Shown piece by piece: positions 8,661-22,507 of a stretch of DNA of 53,904 nt; position 1 is the first letter of the stretch; every line of letters begins with the position of its first letter. The DNA lies in the NCBI GenBank assembly GCA_947632225.1, contig CANROM010000002.1:1-53904 (forward strand), given 5' to 3'. Origin of the DNA: an uncultured Clostridia bacterium (GTDB lineage Bacteria > Bacillota > Clostridia > TANB77 > CAG-465). Both the position numbers and the translations under genes were made by a program. A model generated the notes under the pieces. The model saw nothing but the letters and a program-made list of their open reading frames with translations, had not been told where the DNA came from and did no database searches.

Positions 8661-10310
8661 TTAAATTCTATAGTAAGTTAAGCCAAAATTCATTAATCTA
8701 ACAAACTCTGGTATATTGAAACATAATAATAGTACACAAAGTGCAACAACTATTCCAATTTTAACTTTTTCATTTTTTACTAACTTATTAAGTAACATAT
8801 ATAATAATACTATATATGCCCATGAGAAATACAATGAATATAATATTAGTCCATTTTCTTTTGTTCCCCATCCAACTAAACATAGTACGACAAATGAGAA
8901 TGCAACCCAGCAAAATGATATAATACTTAGCTTTTCTTTTCTATTTAAAATAAAGCTAATAATACATAAAGCTAAAATTATAATACCAATTATACATATA
9001 CTATCAACATTTAATAGCTGGTATGATGGCATTCCACTTGCATTGTTTACTACATAAGATGCAGGTGCTATAAATATAGACTGTACAAAATATAAAAATT
9101 GTTTTAGTTTTACTATAAAAGCCAATTTTTGACCACTAAATCTTAAAAGTAAGCCTAAATCTCTAATACATGTAGTAAATACATACATTCTTCCAGATAC
9201 AATTGTTATTACAACAAAAGCAGCAAAGCATTTTAATACATTTATTACCCAATACTTAAATGACTTAAATTTGCTTATTAATGGGAATATCACACCTGAT
9301 GTTATCATTGTACCAACAGCACCAAGATATAGGTAATTTGTTTCCATACAGTTTGTGTAGTACACATATATTGCTAATATTAGATAAAACAATGTAAATA
9401 TATACTGCTCCATTATAAAGCTAAATGTAATCATTGGAAAAGTACAAAAGCTAAATATAAAATACAATATTTTTCCATTTTTTCCTAAATTAAGCATTCT
9501 TGTAATCATATATACACTCAAACTTAGAAGTATAATTTGTACTGTATTTAATATAATAGCATAACTATTTGGTATAAAGAAAAGTAGTTCACTCAAAATG
9601 TATGCAATAGCTGCAAAAGGATATGAAAACACACCAAATAATGGTTGTCTAATGTCATTTTCTGGCATGTTTAGACTTAGGTATGCATTATAGTTAAATA
9701 TATCACTACTGTCTGAAGTATATATAACATCATACATAGTACCATTATCTTTTAAATAATTTCTGGCATTATAAAAAGAAGTAGTAAAATTGTATATTAT
9801 TGCTGTTGAAATAAATCCTATTATCGCTATGACAGCAATAATTTTTTTATCTACCTTCTCCATATTTTTATATATTGTATAAATTTTTCTTACAACTTTA
9901 TCTATAAAAATATATACAAGTTGAATTAAAGCTGGCAATGATAATATACTAAATATTAATACAAAACTCGTATCAGATAATTCATAATTAAAAATTCTAT
10001 GCACAAGTGCCTTTATGTATCTACTAACGTCATAAGAATACATATGCATTATTTTCTCTACGTATAAAGAAATAAAGCAAGCAAATGCTAATATCTTATA
10101 ATTATATTTTTTAAAAGTATCCTTAAACACTTTAAAACTCAAAAATGCTCCACAAATTAAAGATAATACTAGTGTAGCAATTATTTCTATCATGTTGTTA
10201 TTACCAGAAAGTAAGTAAGTTAAAAAAGGAAGAGAAATGAAAAATATAACTTTATATATAATCTGTTTTTCTCTTATTGTATCTACCATTTTCTGTGCAA
10301 ATTCTCTCAT
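8661..10310 (-). CDS. Large polytopic membrane protein, candidate GT-C-type glycosyltransferase
   Basis: 549 aa with more than 12 predicted TM helices. First gene of a tightly spaced three-gene operon (gaps of 18 and 11 nt) with the UbiA and HAD genes. No catalytic motif is confidently recognised. Confidence 0.5.
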   Translation of the reverse strand: MREFAQKMVDTIREKQIIYKVIFFISLPFLTYLLSGNNNMIEIIATLVLSLICGAFLSFKVFKDTFKKYNYKILAFACFISLYVEKIMHMYSYDVSRYIKALVHRIFNYELSDTSFVLIFSILSLPALIQLVYIFIDKVVRKIYTIYKNMEKVDKKIIAVIAIIGFISTAIIYNFTTSFYNARNYLKDNGTMYDVIYTSDSSDIFNYNAYLSLNMPENDIRQPLFGVFSYPFAAIAYILSELLFFIPNSYAIILNTVQIILLSLSVYMITRMLNLGKNGKILYFIFSFCTFPMITFSFIMEQYIFTLFYLILAIYVYYTNCMETNYLYLGAVGTMITSGVIFPLISKFKSFKYWVINVLKCFAAFVVITIVSGRMYVFTTCIRDLGLLLRFSGQKLAFIVKLKQFLYFVQSIFIAPASYVVNNASGMPSYQLLNVDSICIIGIIILALCIISFILNRKEKLSIISFCWVAFSFVVLCLVGWGTKENGLILYSLYFSWAYIVLLYMLLNKLVKNEKVKIGIVVALCVLLLCFNIPEFVRLMNFGLTYYRI

Positions 10311-10392
10311 TATGTTGTTCCCCCTATTTTTTTCATATATGACTATATTACTATATCAAAAATATACATTAAAGTCAATGAAAAAGGAGAAT

Positions 10393-10418
10393 AAAAAAAG
10401 CACCTAATTTCCATTAGG
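10393..10418 (-). terminator. Terminator downstream of eno
   Basis: Stem cctaat/attagg (10403-10408 / 10413-10418), followed on the minus strand by T7 (A-run 10393-10399). Confidence 0.55.
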
Positions 10419-10439
10419 CACTCTTTTTATAACTATAAA

Positions 10440-12660
<2,221 letters not shown>

Positions 12661-12683
12661 ACTAAACTTCCCTCCTTATTTAT

Positions 12684-14222
12684 CTAGTTAAGTTCTACTA
12701 AAGACTCTCCTGTCATTTCCTCAGGTATTTTTTCACCCATCATATCTAGTAATGTTGGTGTTAAATCACAAAGTCTACCAGACTTAACTGTTTTTACTCT
12801 TTTTGATACTACAATTAGTGGTACATCAAAAGTAGAATGTGAAGTTATAGGTTCACCTGTTTTTAAGTCTATCATAAGTTCACAGTTACCATGATCAGCG
12901 GTAATTAAAGCTTCACCGCCAACTTCTTCTAACTTAGATATTACTCTTCCAACACATTTATCTAAAGCCTCAACAGCTTCAATTGTTTTTTCTAAATTGC
13001 CTGTATGACCTACCATATCACCATTTGCATAGTTCATTATAATAACGTCATATTTTTTATCTTCTATAGCTTTTACAACATTATCTGTAACTTCATATGC
13101 AGACATCTCAGGCTTCATGTCATATGTAGCAACCTTAGGTGAATTTACAAGTATTCTATCTTCACCAGGATATGGCTCTTCTTTTCCTCCATTAAAGAAG
13201 AAAGTTACATGAGCATATTTTTCTGTTTCAGCAGTTCTTAATTGTGTATATCCTTTTTTAGATATATACTCACCAAAAGTATTTACTAAAACTTGTGGCT
13301 TATATGCTACTAAAACATTTTTTATACTCTCATCATATTGAGTCATAGTTACAAATAATAGATTATTTATTTCTTTTCTTTCAAATTCCTTAAACTCAGG
13401 AAGTACAAAAGCTTTTGTTAGCTCTCTTGCTCTATCTGGTCTAAAGTTGAAATATATTATAGCGTCATTATCACTTACAGTGGTAAGAGGATTATAATCT
13501 TTGTCTGTTATAACTACTGGTTTAACAAACTCATCAAATTCTTGTGCTTCATATGATGTTTCTATTGCTTTTTGTGCAATCTTGTACTCTTGTCCTTTTC
13601 CAAAAGCCATTGCATCATATGCAAGCTTTACTCTTTCCCATCTGTTATCTCTATCCATAGCATAGTATCTACCAAATACTGTGGCAATTTTTCCTACGCC
13701 AATTTCATTCATTTTCTCTTCTAGTTTTTTGATATAATCTACTGCAGATGTTGGTGGTGTATCTCTACCATCAAGTACTGCATGAACATATACTTTTGTT
13801 ATATTTTGTCTTTTTGCCATTTCAAGTAAAGCGATTAGATGATCTATATGTGAATGAACTCCACCGTCAGATACTAATCCAATTAAATGTAGCTGAGAAT
13901 CATTTTCTTTTACATGATTCATAGCTTTTAGTAATTCTTCATTGTTATAAAAATTACCATCTTGTATTTCCTTAGTTATTCTTGTTAATTCTTGATATAC
14001 TATTCTTCCAGCGCCAATGTTTGTATGGCCAACTTCAGAATTTCCCATTTGACCTTCTGGAAGTCCAACTGCCATACCACTAGTCTTTATATGAGTATTA
14101 GGATATTTTATTGTTAATCTGTCTAAATTAGGTGTATTTGCTAATTTAAATGCATTTCCTCTTTCCTCATCGTTTAAACCAACCCCATCCATAATCATAA
14201 GTAAATATTGTTTATTTTTCAT
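12684..14222 (-). CDS. gpmI: 2,3-bisphosphoglycerate-independent phosphoglycerate mutase
   Basis: LMIMDGVGL, GNSEVGHTNIGAGR, ITADHGN; 512 aa. Confidence 0.95.
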   Translation of the reverse strand: MKNKQYLLMIMDGVGLNDEERGNAFKLANTPNLDRLTIKYPNTHIKTSGMAVGLPEGQMGNSEVGHTNIGAGRIVYQELTRITKEIQDGNFYNNEELLKAMNHVKENDSQLHLIGLVSDGGVHSHIDHLIALLEMAKRQNITKVYVHAVLDGRDTPPTSAVDYIKKLEEKMNEIGVGKIATVFGRYYAMDRDNRWERVKLAYDAMAFGKGQEYKIAQKAIETSYEAQEFDEFVKPVVITDKDYNPLTTVSDNDAIIYFNFRPDRARELTKAFVLPEFKEFERKEINNLLFVTMTQYDESIKNVLVAYKPQVLVNTFGEYISKKGYTQLRTAETEKYAHVTFFFNGGKEEPYPGEDRILVNSPKVATYDMKPEMSAYEVTDNVVKAIEDKKYDVIIMNYANGDMVGHTGNLEKTIEAVEALDKCVGRVISKLEEVGGEALITADHGNCELMIDLKTGEPITSHSTFDVPLIVVSKRVKTVKSGRLCDLTPTLLDMMGEKIPEEMTGESLVELN

Positions 14223-14275
14223 TGTCTAAACCCTTCACTTTCTGCATTTAAGCAACTAGTATTATATCACTAATT

Positions 14276-15022
14276 TTAATAATTTACAATAGCTACAAAA
14301 TCGTTAGTCAAACTTGCTCCACCAACTAAAGCACCGTCAATATCGCTCATATTTAATATCTCGCTTGCATTACTTGGTTTAACACTTCCACCATATTGTA
14401 TTCTTACTGATTGAGCAGTTTCTTCGTCATACATTTCAGATACTACTTTTCTTATATATTTGCACATTTCATTTGCTTGTTCGGCTGTAGCAGTTTTTCC
14501 AGTTCCAATAGCCCATATTGGCTCATAAGCTATTACAACTTTCTTTGCAATCAAATCTTTATCTATTCCATCTAAAGAAGCTTTTACTTGGCTTTCAACT
14601 TTCTCAAACATTTTATTACTTTCTCTTTCTTCAAGAGTTTCACCTACGCAAACTATAGGACAAATATCTACTTCTAGTAGTTTTTTTGCTTTTTTATTTA
14701 CAAACTCATCTGTTTCATTAAAGTATTGTCTTCTTTCACTATGTCCAACAATACAATAATTAACTCCTATTGCAGCTAGCATTTTTACTGATGTTTCACC
14801 AGTATATGCGCCTTTTTCCTCAGGATAAACATTTTGTGCACCAAGTTTTATATTAGTTCCATCTAGTAAATCACTTAGTCTATCAAGAGCCATAAAATTT
14901 GGACATATTACAACGTCAACTTCGTCAGTATTTATTGTATCTTTTATTTCTTCAACAAAAGCTTCTGCTCTGTTAACGCAATAATTCATTTTCCAGTTTC
15001 CTGCTATAATCTTTTTTCTCAT
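14276..15022 (-). CDS. tpiA: Triosephosphate isomerase
   Basis: IIAGNWKMN, VGHSERR, AYEPIWAIGTG, GGASL. Confidence 0.95.
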   Translation of the reverse strand: MRKKIIAGNWKMNYCVNRAEAFVEEIKDTINTDEVDVVICPNFMALDRLSDLLDGTNIKLGAQNVYPEEKGAYTGETSVKMLAAIGVNYCIVGHSERRQYFNETDEFVNKKAKKLLEVDICPIVCVGETLEERESNKMFEKVESQVKASLDGIDKDLIAKKVVIAYEPIWAIGTGKTATAEQANEMCKYIRKVVSEMYDEETAQSVRIQYGGSVKPSNASEILNMSDIDGALVGGASLTNDFVAIVNY

Positions 15023-15035
15023 AATAATACCTCTT

Positions 15036-16220
15036 CTACTCTTTATCTTCTAATGCTTCAATTCCAGGTAATTTCTTTCCTTCCATAAGCTCTAATGAAG
15101 CTCCACCACCAGTTGATACATGGCTCATTTTTTCTGAAAGTCCAGCTTTTTCAACTGCAGCAGCGCTATCTCCACCACCTATTATTGTTACAGCATTACT
15201 TTGTGCAAGTGCATTTGCTATAGAATTAGTTCCAACAGCAAACTTGTCTATCTCAAATACACCAACTGGTCCATTCCATACTACTGTACCTGCATCAGCT
15301 ATTATACTCTTAAATAGTTCTACTGTTTTTGGTCCTATGTCTACTCCCATATACTCATCTGGAATTTCATTTGGAGCACTTACAAATACATTTCCATTTT
15401 CAGACATTTCATCTGTAACAACAGTATCTAAAGGTAGTACTAATCTAACATTCTTTTCTTCTGCTTTCTTTAATATTTCTTTTGCAACATCTATTTTGTC
15501 TTCCTCAAGTAATGATTTTCCAATATTTCCACCTTGTGCTTTAACAAATGTATAAGTCATTCCTCCACCTATTAGTAGTGTATCTACTTTATCTAGTAAA
15601 TTAGTCAAAACAGCTATTTTGCTAGATACTTTTGATCCACCAACAATAGCAACTAATGGTCTTTGAGGATTGTTTATTCCACCATCTAATGCACTGATTT
15701 CTTTTTCAATTAAAAATCCTGCTACTGATGGTAAATAATGTGTTACTCCTTCAGTAGAAGCATGTGCTCTATGTGCACTTCCAAACGCATCGTTTACAAA
15801 TACTTCTGCAAGAGAAGCTAATTTTCTAGCAAATTCTGGATCGTTATTTTCTTCTTCTTCATACATTCTTGTATTTTCTAGAAGGCAAACATCTCCATCA
15901 TTCATATTCATAACAAAATCTTTTGTTTCATCTGAAATAATGTCTTTTAGTAATGGTACATCTTTCTCTAAGTATTCAGATAATCTTTTAGCAACAGGTG
16001 CTAAAGTCTTGTTTTGTCCAGTTTTTCCTAAATGTGAGCAAAGTATAACTCTTGCTCCTGCATTTACTAAATATTTTATAGTTTTTAAAGATTCTACTAT
16101 TCTTTTATCACTTGTAATTTTTGATGGATCTTCTTTATCTAGTGGTACATTAAAATCGCATCTTACAAGTACTCTTTTACCACTTACTTGAATGTCTCTT
16201 ACTGTCTTTTTATTTAACAT
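15036..16220 (-). CDS. pgk: Phosphoglycerate kinase
   Basis: [33 protein letters not shown]. Confidence 0.95.
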   Translation of the reverse strand: MLNKKTVRDIQVSGKRVLVRCDFNVPLDKEDPSKITSDKRIVESLKTIKYLVNAGARVILCSHLGKTGQNKTLAPVAKRLSEYLEKDVPLLKDIISDETKDFVMNMNDGDVCLLENTRMYEEEENNDPEFARKLASLAEVFVNDAFGSAHRAHASTEGVTHYLPSVAGFLIEKEISALDGGINNPQRPLVAIVGGSKVSSKIAVLTNLLDKVDTLLIGGGMTYTFVKAQGGNIGKSLLEEDKIDVAKEILKKAEEKNVRLVLPLDTVVTDEMSENGNVFVSAPNEIPDEYMGVDIGPKTVELFKSIIADAGTVVWNGPVGVFEIDKFAVGTNSIANALAQSNAVTIIGGGDSAAAVEKAGLSEKMSHVSTGGGASLELMEGKKLPGIEALEDKE

Positions 16221-16246
16221 ATTACTCTCTCCTTTACACGCTAAGA

Positions 16247-16275
16247 TAAGCTGGTACTAAAATAGGACCAGCTTA
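16247..16275 (-). other. Intercistronic stem-loop between gap and pgk (possible mRNA processing, stability or attenuation element)
   Basis: 9-bp stem taagctggt/accagctta with an 11-nt loop. There is no T-run, so it is not a classic terminator. Confidence 0.4.
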
Positions 16276-16287
16276 CTTAAATTTAAA

Positions 16288-17304
<1,017 letters not shown>

Positions 17305-17330
17305 TTACCTCCTTATTTTTTACACCCATT

Positions 17331-17359
17331 ATTTTATATCACTACTTTAGATTTTTCAA
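17331..17359 (-). promoter_or_regulatory. Putative sigma-A promoter of the gap operon
   Basis: Minus strand reads TTGAAA-17 nt-TAAAAT (-35 at 17354-17359, -10 at 17331-17336), about 30 nt upstream of the gap start. Confidence 0.5.
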
Positions 17360-17490
17360 TAGTTTTTTAATAAAAAATAGTGTTTTTTTACGCTATTTTT
17401 CGGGCTTTTTAAGGATTTTGAGTTTATTTAATTTTTTTGTTGCTAACGGTGATTTTTTGTGATAAAATATATAGTTTATGCCTTTCTAAA

Positions 17491-17527
17491 AACAATAAAA
17501 AATAGTGTGAATTTAATTTCACACTAT
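17491..17527 (-). terminator. Terminator of the 1587-aa adhesin gene
   Basis: 10-bp stem atagtgtgaa/ttcacactat (17502-17511 / 17518-17527), followed on the minus strand by a T-rich run. Confidence 0.7.
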
Positions 17528-17545
17528 TTTAGTTATATGAATTTA

Positions 17546-20500
17546 TTATTCAGCTATTTTTTTATTTTTTACTGCAACATATATTATTCCAAGTATTGAT
17601 ACTAAAGCTACTGCACTTAATGCATATACTGCAATATCTCCTGTATTTGTTACTTCAAATATTATATCTTCTGATGAATTTTCATCTATTGTAAATACAT
17701 AATTTTCCATTTCTTCTTCGGCTTTTTCATATCCTTCTGGAGCTTCTACCTCAATGAACTTATATGTTCCATAAGGTACTTTATCTATTATATATTCACC
17801 ATCTTTATCTGTTACAGCGTTTTCTACTAGATAAATAGTTTTACCATCTTTGTTTACATATGGTTCTCCATTATCATCTAATAGAACGATTGAGAATTTA
17901 CATCCTTCAAGTGGTTCTCCTGTTTCATCATCCACTTTTCTTATTGTAAGTGAACCTTTAATAGTTTTTCTTCTGTTTTCTACTTCTATAGGCTCAGCAT
18001 CCCAATCTCCGTTTTCATCAAAATGTGCTGTAAACTCATGTGGTTCTGTGTTTAAATCATAAATACCTGGTGCTTCTATCTCAGTAAATGTATATGTTCT
18101 GCCATTTACAAGCTTATCCAATGGAATATATCCGTATCCCAATTCTCTTAGTTCTGTATCCTCTTTATATGTTCCTGTAACAGAGTGAACTATTTCTTCA
18201 TCTGTTAAAGCGTCTTTTACTACAAATTCGCAATAATCTACATAATCTCCTGTAAATGCGTCTGTCTTTATTATACCTGGGCCCTTAACTGGTTCTTCTA
18301 CTATAGCTTGATATACAACTGCATCTTTATTTTCTATAGTTAAATCTAGTTTTATTACCTCAGTACTTAGTTCATATCCTTGTGGTGGAGTTATTTCTTT
18401 GAAATAGTATGTTCCAAGTGGCACTTCTCCCATTGTTATCATACCAGTATCATCTGTTACCATTTGTGCTACTTCTTTTGTACCATCTTCTTTTACAACA
18501 TATACTTCTTCAGTGCAATCTTCATCAAAGAATATGCCATATTTAGCTCCTGGTACAAATTTAACCTTATTTGTAGTTAAGTATTCTTTTACTTCGCTTT
18601 CTGACATTCCAGAAAACATTTCAATTAGCTCTTTAACTTTTTTGTCTACTTCAGCCATATCTACATCAGTACCGTTTAATATTAAATTGTCTGCAACTGA
18701 AGTAGATAATTTTATTAATGTTACTTTAGCAGTATCTGGAACATTTGTAAATGTATCTGTTCCAAATTCAACAACTGGTTCTTCATTTCCATCATATTTT
18801 AAAGTTACCTCTTTAACCTCATCAGATGGCATATATGGAATTACAGTTTTTAACTCTTTAACGAAATATTTACCTGCAGGTAAATCTAGTTTAGAAGTAT
18901 CTTGAACTTCTCCATCTTTTACGTCAATTGTAGCAACCAACTTTTCATCAGGTATTACTACTATACCATCACAATTTTTGATGTCTTCATTTGAGTAAAC
19001 TCCAAATGTAGCTGTTTTTTGTAAGTTTTCTCTTGTAGTATATTTAACATCTTCAAACATTTTGTTTACTTTGATAGTTAATCTTTGCTTTTTATTATTT
19101 AAATTAACATCTTTGACAATTGTTTCTTCTTCTGTATTATTATTTGTAGTAACTATTGTATCTTCTTTACTAATTATATATCCTGCTGGAGCTTCTTTCT
19201 CAACAAGTCTATATTTTCCATTTGGTAATTTCTTTGTTTCGGCATATCCATCATCACCAGTTACAATTGTTTGTACCACTTCACCTTTTAAGTAACGTGG
19301 TGTTCTACCATCCGGACTCATTATGTCTTCCTCAGCAATTACATCATATTTTACACCAGCAAGTGGTCTTTCGCTAAATTGTGGAATATACATTTCGCCA
19401 AACTCAGGATCTGTTTTTTGTGTAGCTCCTGTTAGCATCTCACCTGTTTTGTATATTCTTAATATAGTTGTCAATTCGTCATCTGGCAACTTGCACTCAT
19501 AATATAGGTCTATTCTTTTATTTAGTTCATCTTCTTCCATGCCCATAGCTTTTTTATCTATATTTACATACATTCCGCCTTTTCCAATTACACCTATATC
19601 TGACATTTTTTCTGGTAGTCTTACTTCATTGTTCTTATAATATCCTGTTGGTGCCTTAGTTTCATATATTATATATTCACCAGCATCTATTTTTTCATTT
19701 AGTATTACTGTACCTTCTTCATTTGTTGTAAATACATTTTGCATTTCTCCAGTTTTTAGATTTTTCTGGCTTACCCAATCATCTTTTTGGCAATCCCAAA
19801 CCATAAACTCAGCGCCTTGAATTTTTACAACATCTCTATATTTCTTATCTATCTTTGAAAGTTTTAAATACATTCTTACTTTTTCTTCGCCAAGAATTAT
19901 ATATGTTTCTTGTTTCTCATCTTGTATTACTACGGTTTCAGGATCGGCAAAATAATGGGTATGCTCTCCATCATAACTTCCTCTTGTTTCAGATAATGTA
20001 TACGTACCTACTGGTATTGTATACTCTTCGCCTGGATGTTGATCTAACCAATCTTGGTCAAAGAACTCAGCAAATCCAATTTCATCAACAGTAACTGTAT
20101 AGAATTCGTTTGGATTACTGTTTAAAGTTAGTTTTAATTCTGCACCATAAGCTGGCGATTTCTCGTCTGTATCACTATTTTGATCAAATTTTACGACCTG
20201 AACTTTACCACGTTTTAATGCATCATACACCTTAAATGTAGCAACATATCCATCATCTGTTTTTACAGCAGTTGCTGGATCTAAAGTGTATATTGTATCA
20301 TTAAGTCTTGTCCCTTCTGGTGCTCTTATTTCTTTAGCATAGTATGTATTGTACTCTAATTGTCCAGAAACATTTGAGTATCCATCACTTCCAGTAGTAA
20401 CAGTTGTAACTAATTGTGTACAAGCATTATCTGAGTAAATACCATATTCACCACCTGAAAGCTTTGCATCACCTTTTTTACCTACTGTCTCTTCAAATAA

Positions 20501-22309
20501 TTTTTGTATTTTTATTCTATAGTCTACGTTATCTTTTGCATATACTGTTACAGTCTCTCCTGGATCTACTGTTGCAGTATATACTGTTTCATCTAATAAG
20601 CATCCTTCTGGAGCCTGTGTTTCTTTGACGTAATATGTTGCTTTTGGTAGGCTTAGTTCGTTACTTTTACCTTGAGCATCAGTAACTAACTCTCCAACTT
20701 TATCTGTGCATTCTTGATTTTTATATACTCCATATACAGCATTTTCTAAGTTTGCATATGGGCTATCTGTCTTATCTAAAGATTTTTCAAGGTTTAATTT
20801 TCCGTTTGAAACTTTGTAATGTATTTTATAAAAACCTGCTCCTGTCTGTGTCATTGTTTCAGTTGTTATCATACCTACAAGTAAATAACTATCTGTAGAT
20901 TTAAATACTCTTGCTCTTACCTCATAAGATGTTCTTCCTTGTCTTCCACCATGTCCTAAATCTGAGTTGAAAGTTTTACCTCCGTGTGTACATCTTAAGT
21001 TCCAAATAGATTTTGGTATTTTGTATTCTACTCCATCACCGTCAGTTACTGTTATATCTTGTAAGAATTTAACTTCGTACTGTATCATAGATTGAGTACT
21101 AAAGAACCTATCAGATAAAGCATTTCCTGACATAACTTTATCTACTATATTCTTTTCCCATGAGCTAGTTCCACCTTCATAATATAGTGGTAATCCATCA
21201 ACTACTCTTCCTGAAGGGTATTCGTCTTCTGGGTATTGATCTGCTGAAAAATACTCTGCAGTTACCATTTCTTTACCCTTTATTGTTATAAATGCGCCAT
21301 CTGCTGGTTTACTAGAAAGTTCCCATACACCAACCTCATCATATGACTTCATTTCATCAAAAGTATCTATAGTAGCTATACCATTTCCTCTTTGTAGATT
21401 TGATTCAATATTATCCTCACTTAATTCTATTTCTAATGTTTCAACAGACATTGGTTCCATATTAAGTATAATAGCACCTAAGTTGCTATCGTATACCCAA
21501 TCTGTATTTTCTGTACCATTTACTAATAATTTAAAATAGTTCTGGTCAATATTTTCAATAGCTTTTTGGTTTAAAGCTACTCTTACACCAAATTTTGTAG
21601 CTACTGCATCTACTGTAACTTTACCAGACTTAGCAACTTTACCTGGTATACCAACCTTATCTTCAACAATTACATTCATAGTAGTTGTTGGTGAAAAAGT
21701 ATTTACAGCTTGTAATAGTTCTATTTGAACATTACAAATTCCTTGTCCGTTCTTATTCTCCTGAGTATATTTTTTAGGAATATATGCAAGTCCTGTCTCC
21801 CAATCATATATTGCATCATAAATTACTTCACCATTAAGGTTAGTATATGCAAAAGCTGCGTCTGTAACTATAGCAGTCGCATCATTTTTCATTGTATTTG
21901 CAAATGCTACATAGTATTCACTATTTTCATCTACATCATATAGTACAGTGTATGTATCATTTAATACTATGAAAGCATCTGGATTTTTTGCCCAAAGAGC
22001 ATCAATTGTTCTCTCTTCTGGCAAAAGTGAAGCTTCGGCAACTAAATTTTTAGTCCACATTATATCCTTAGCTTCAAGTTTTTCGTACTTTGCGTAGTCT
22101 TCGTTCAAGTTTTCAACTATATATTGCTCTGTGTCAACAACTTTATCGCTAAAAATATTAGCTATTTCTACTTGAAAGCTGTCCGCATCAGTAATATATG
22201 TCTTTTCGTTACTACTTCCTTTGAAAAAGGCTGCACTTACAGTTGATACTGCTATAACTAGTACAAGTGCAATCAGCAAAGTAACTTTAATAAACTGATT
22301 TCTTTTCAT
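17546..22309 (-). CDS. Wall-anchored giant adhesin with many SpaA/Cna-B-type Ig-fold repeats
   Basis: Signal peptide MKRNQFIKVTLLIALVLVIAVSTVSA. More than 8 repeats of the form G(A/E)xYG(I/V)Y...C...Y(Y/F)xKExxAPEGY. The C-terminal sorting-signal architecture is VTNTGD, then a 22-aa hydrophobic stretch, then KNKKIAE. Confidence 0.85.
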   Translation of the reverse strand: MKRNQFIKVTLLIALVLVIAVSTVSAAFFKGSSNEKTYITDADSFQVEIANIFSDKVVDTEQYIVENLNEDYAKYEKLEAKDIMWTKNLVAEASLLPEERTIDALWAKNPDAFIVLNDTYTVLYDVDENSEYYVAFANTMKNDATAIVTDAAFAYTNLNGEVIYDAIYDWETGLAYIPKKYTQENKNGQGICNVQIELLQAVNTFSPTTTMNVIVEDKVGIPGKVAKSGKVTVDAVATKFGVRVALNQKAIENIDQNYFKLLVNGTENTDWVYDSNLGAIILNMEPMSVETLEIELSEDNIESNLQRGNGIATIDTFDEMKSYDEVGVWELSSKPADGAFITIKGKEMVTAEYFSADQYPEDEYPSGRVVDGLPLYYEGGTSSWEKNIVDKVMSGNALSDRFFSTQSMIQYEVKFLQDITVTDGDGVEYKIPKSIWNLRCTHGGKTFNSDLGHGGRQGRTSYEVRARVFKSTDSYLLVGMITTETMTQTGAGFYKIHYKVSNGKLNLEKSLDKTDSPYANLENAVYGVYKNQECTDKVGELVTDAQGKSNELSLPKATYYVKETQAPEGCLLDETVYTATVDPGETVTVYAKDNVDYRIKIQKLFEETVGKKGDAKLSGGEYGIYSDNACTQLVTTVTTGSDGYSNVSGQLEYNTYYAKEIRAPEGTRLNDTIYTLDPATAVKTDDGYVATFKVYDALKRGKVQVVKFDQNSDTDEKSPAYGAELKLTLNSNPNEFYTVTVDEIGFAEFFDQDWLDQHPGEEYTIPVGTYTLSETRGSYDGEHTHYFADPETVVIQDEKQETYIILGEEKVRMYLKLSKIDKKYRDVVKIQGAEFMVWDCQKDDWVSQKNLKTGEMQNVFTTNEEGTVILNEKIDAGEYIIYETKAPTGYYKNNEVRLPEKMSDIGVIGKGGMYVNIDKKAMGMEEDELNKRIDLYYECKLPDDELTTILRIYKTGEMLTGATQKTDPEFGEMYIPQFSERPLAGVKYDVIAEEDIMSPDGRTPRYLKGEVVQTIVTGDDGYAETKKLPNGKYRLVEKEAPAGYIISKEDTIVTTNNNTEEETIVKDVNLNNKKQRLTIKVNKMFEDVKYTTRENLQKTATFGVYSNEDIKNCDGIVVIPDEKLVATIDVKDGEVQDTSKLDLPAGKYFVKELKTVIPYMPSDEVKEVTLKYDGNEEPVVEFGTDTFTNVPDTAKVTLIKLSTSVADNLILNGTDVDMAEVDKKVKELIEMFSGMSESEVKEYLTTNKVKFVPGAKYGIFFDEDCTEEVYVVKEDGTKEVAQMVTDDTGMITMGEVPLGTYYFKEITPPQGYELSTEVIKLDLTIENKDAVVYQAIVEEPVKGPGIIKTDAFTGDYVDYCEFVVKDALTDEEIVHSVTGTYKEDTELRELGYGYIPLDKLVNGRTYTFTEIEAPGIYDLNTEPHEFTAHFDENGDWDAEPIEVENRRKTIKGSLTIRKVDDETGEPLEGCKFSIVLLDDNGEPYVNKDGKTIYLVENAVTDKDGEYIIDKVPYGTYKFIEVEAPEGYEKAEEEMENYVFTIDENSSEDIIFEVTNTGDIAVYALSAVALVSILGIIYVAVKNKKIAE

Positions 22310-22461
22310 ATTTTCAACACTCCTTCACTTGTCATAATATCACATTTTGTATTTTTTTTGAACACAACACGTCAAAAAGAGCTGAATACTTAAGTTTTTT
22401 TGTCTCTTTGTATTTTCAAAGATACTGTATTGTAATAGTTACGTAATTTACTAAAAAATGT

Positions 22462-22491
22462 CAAAAAAACATCAGTAGAAACTCTACTGAT
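22462..22491 (-). terminator. Terminator of the 22508..23533 gene
   Basis: 8-bp stem atcagtag/ctactgat (22471-22491), followed on the minus strand by T7 (A-run 22463-22469). Confidence 0.7.
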
Positions 22492-22507
22492 ATTTTAAAT
22501 TTTATTA

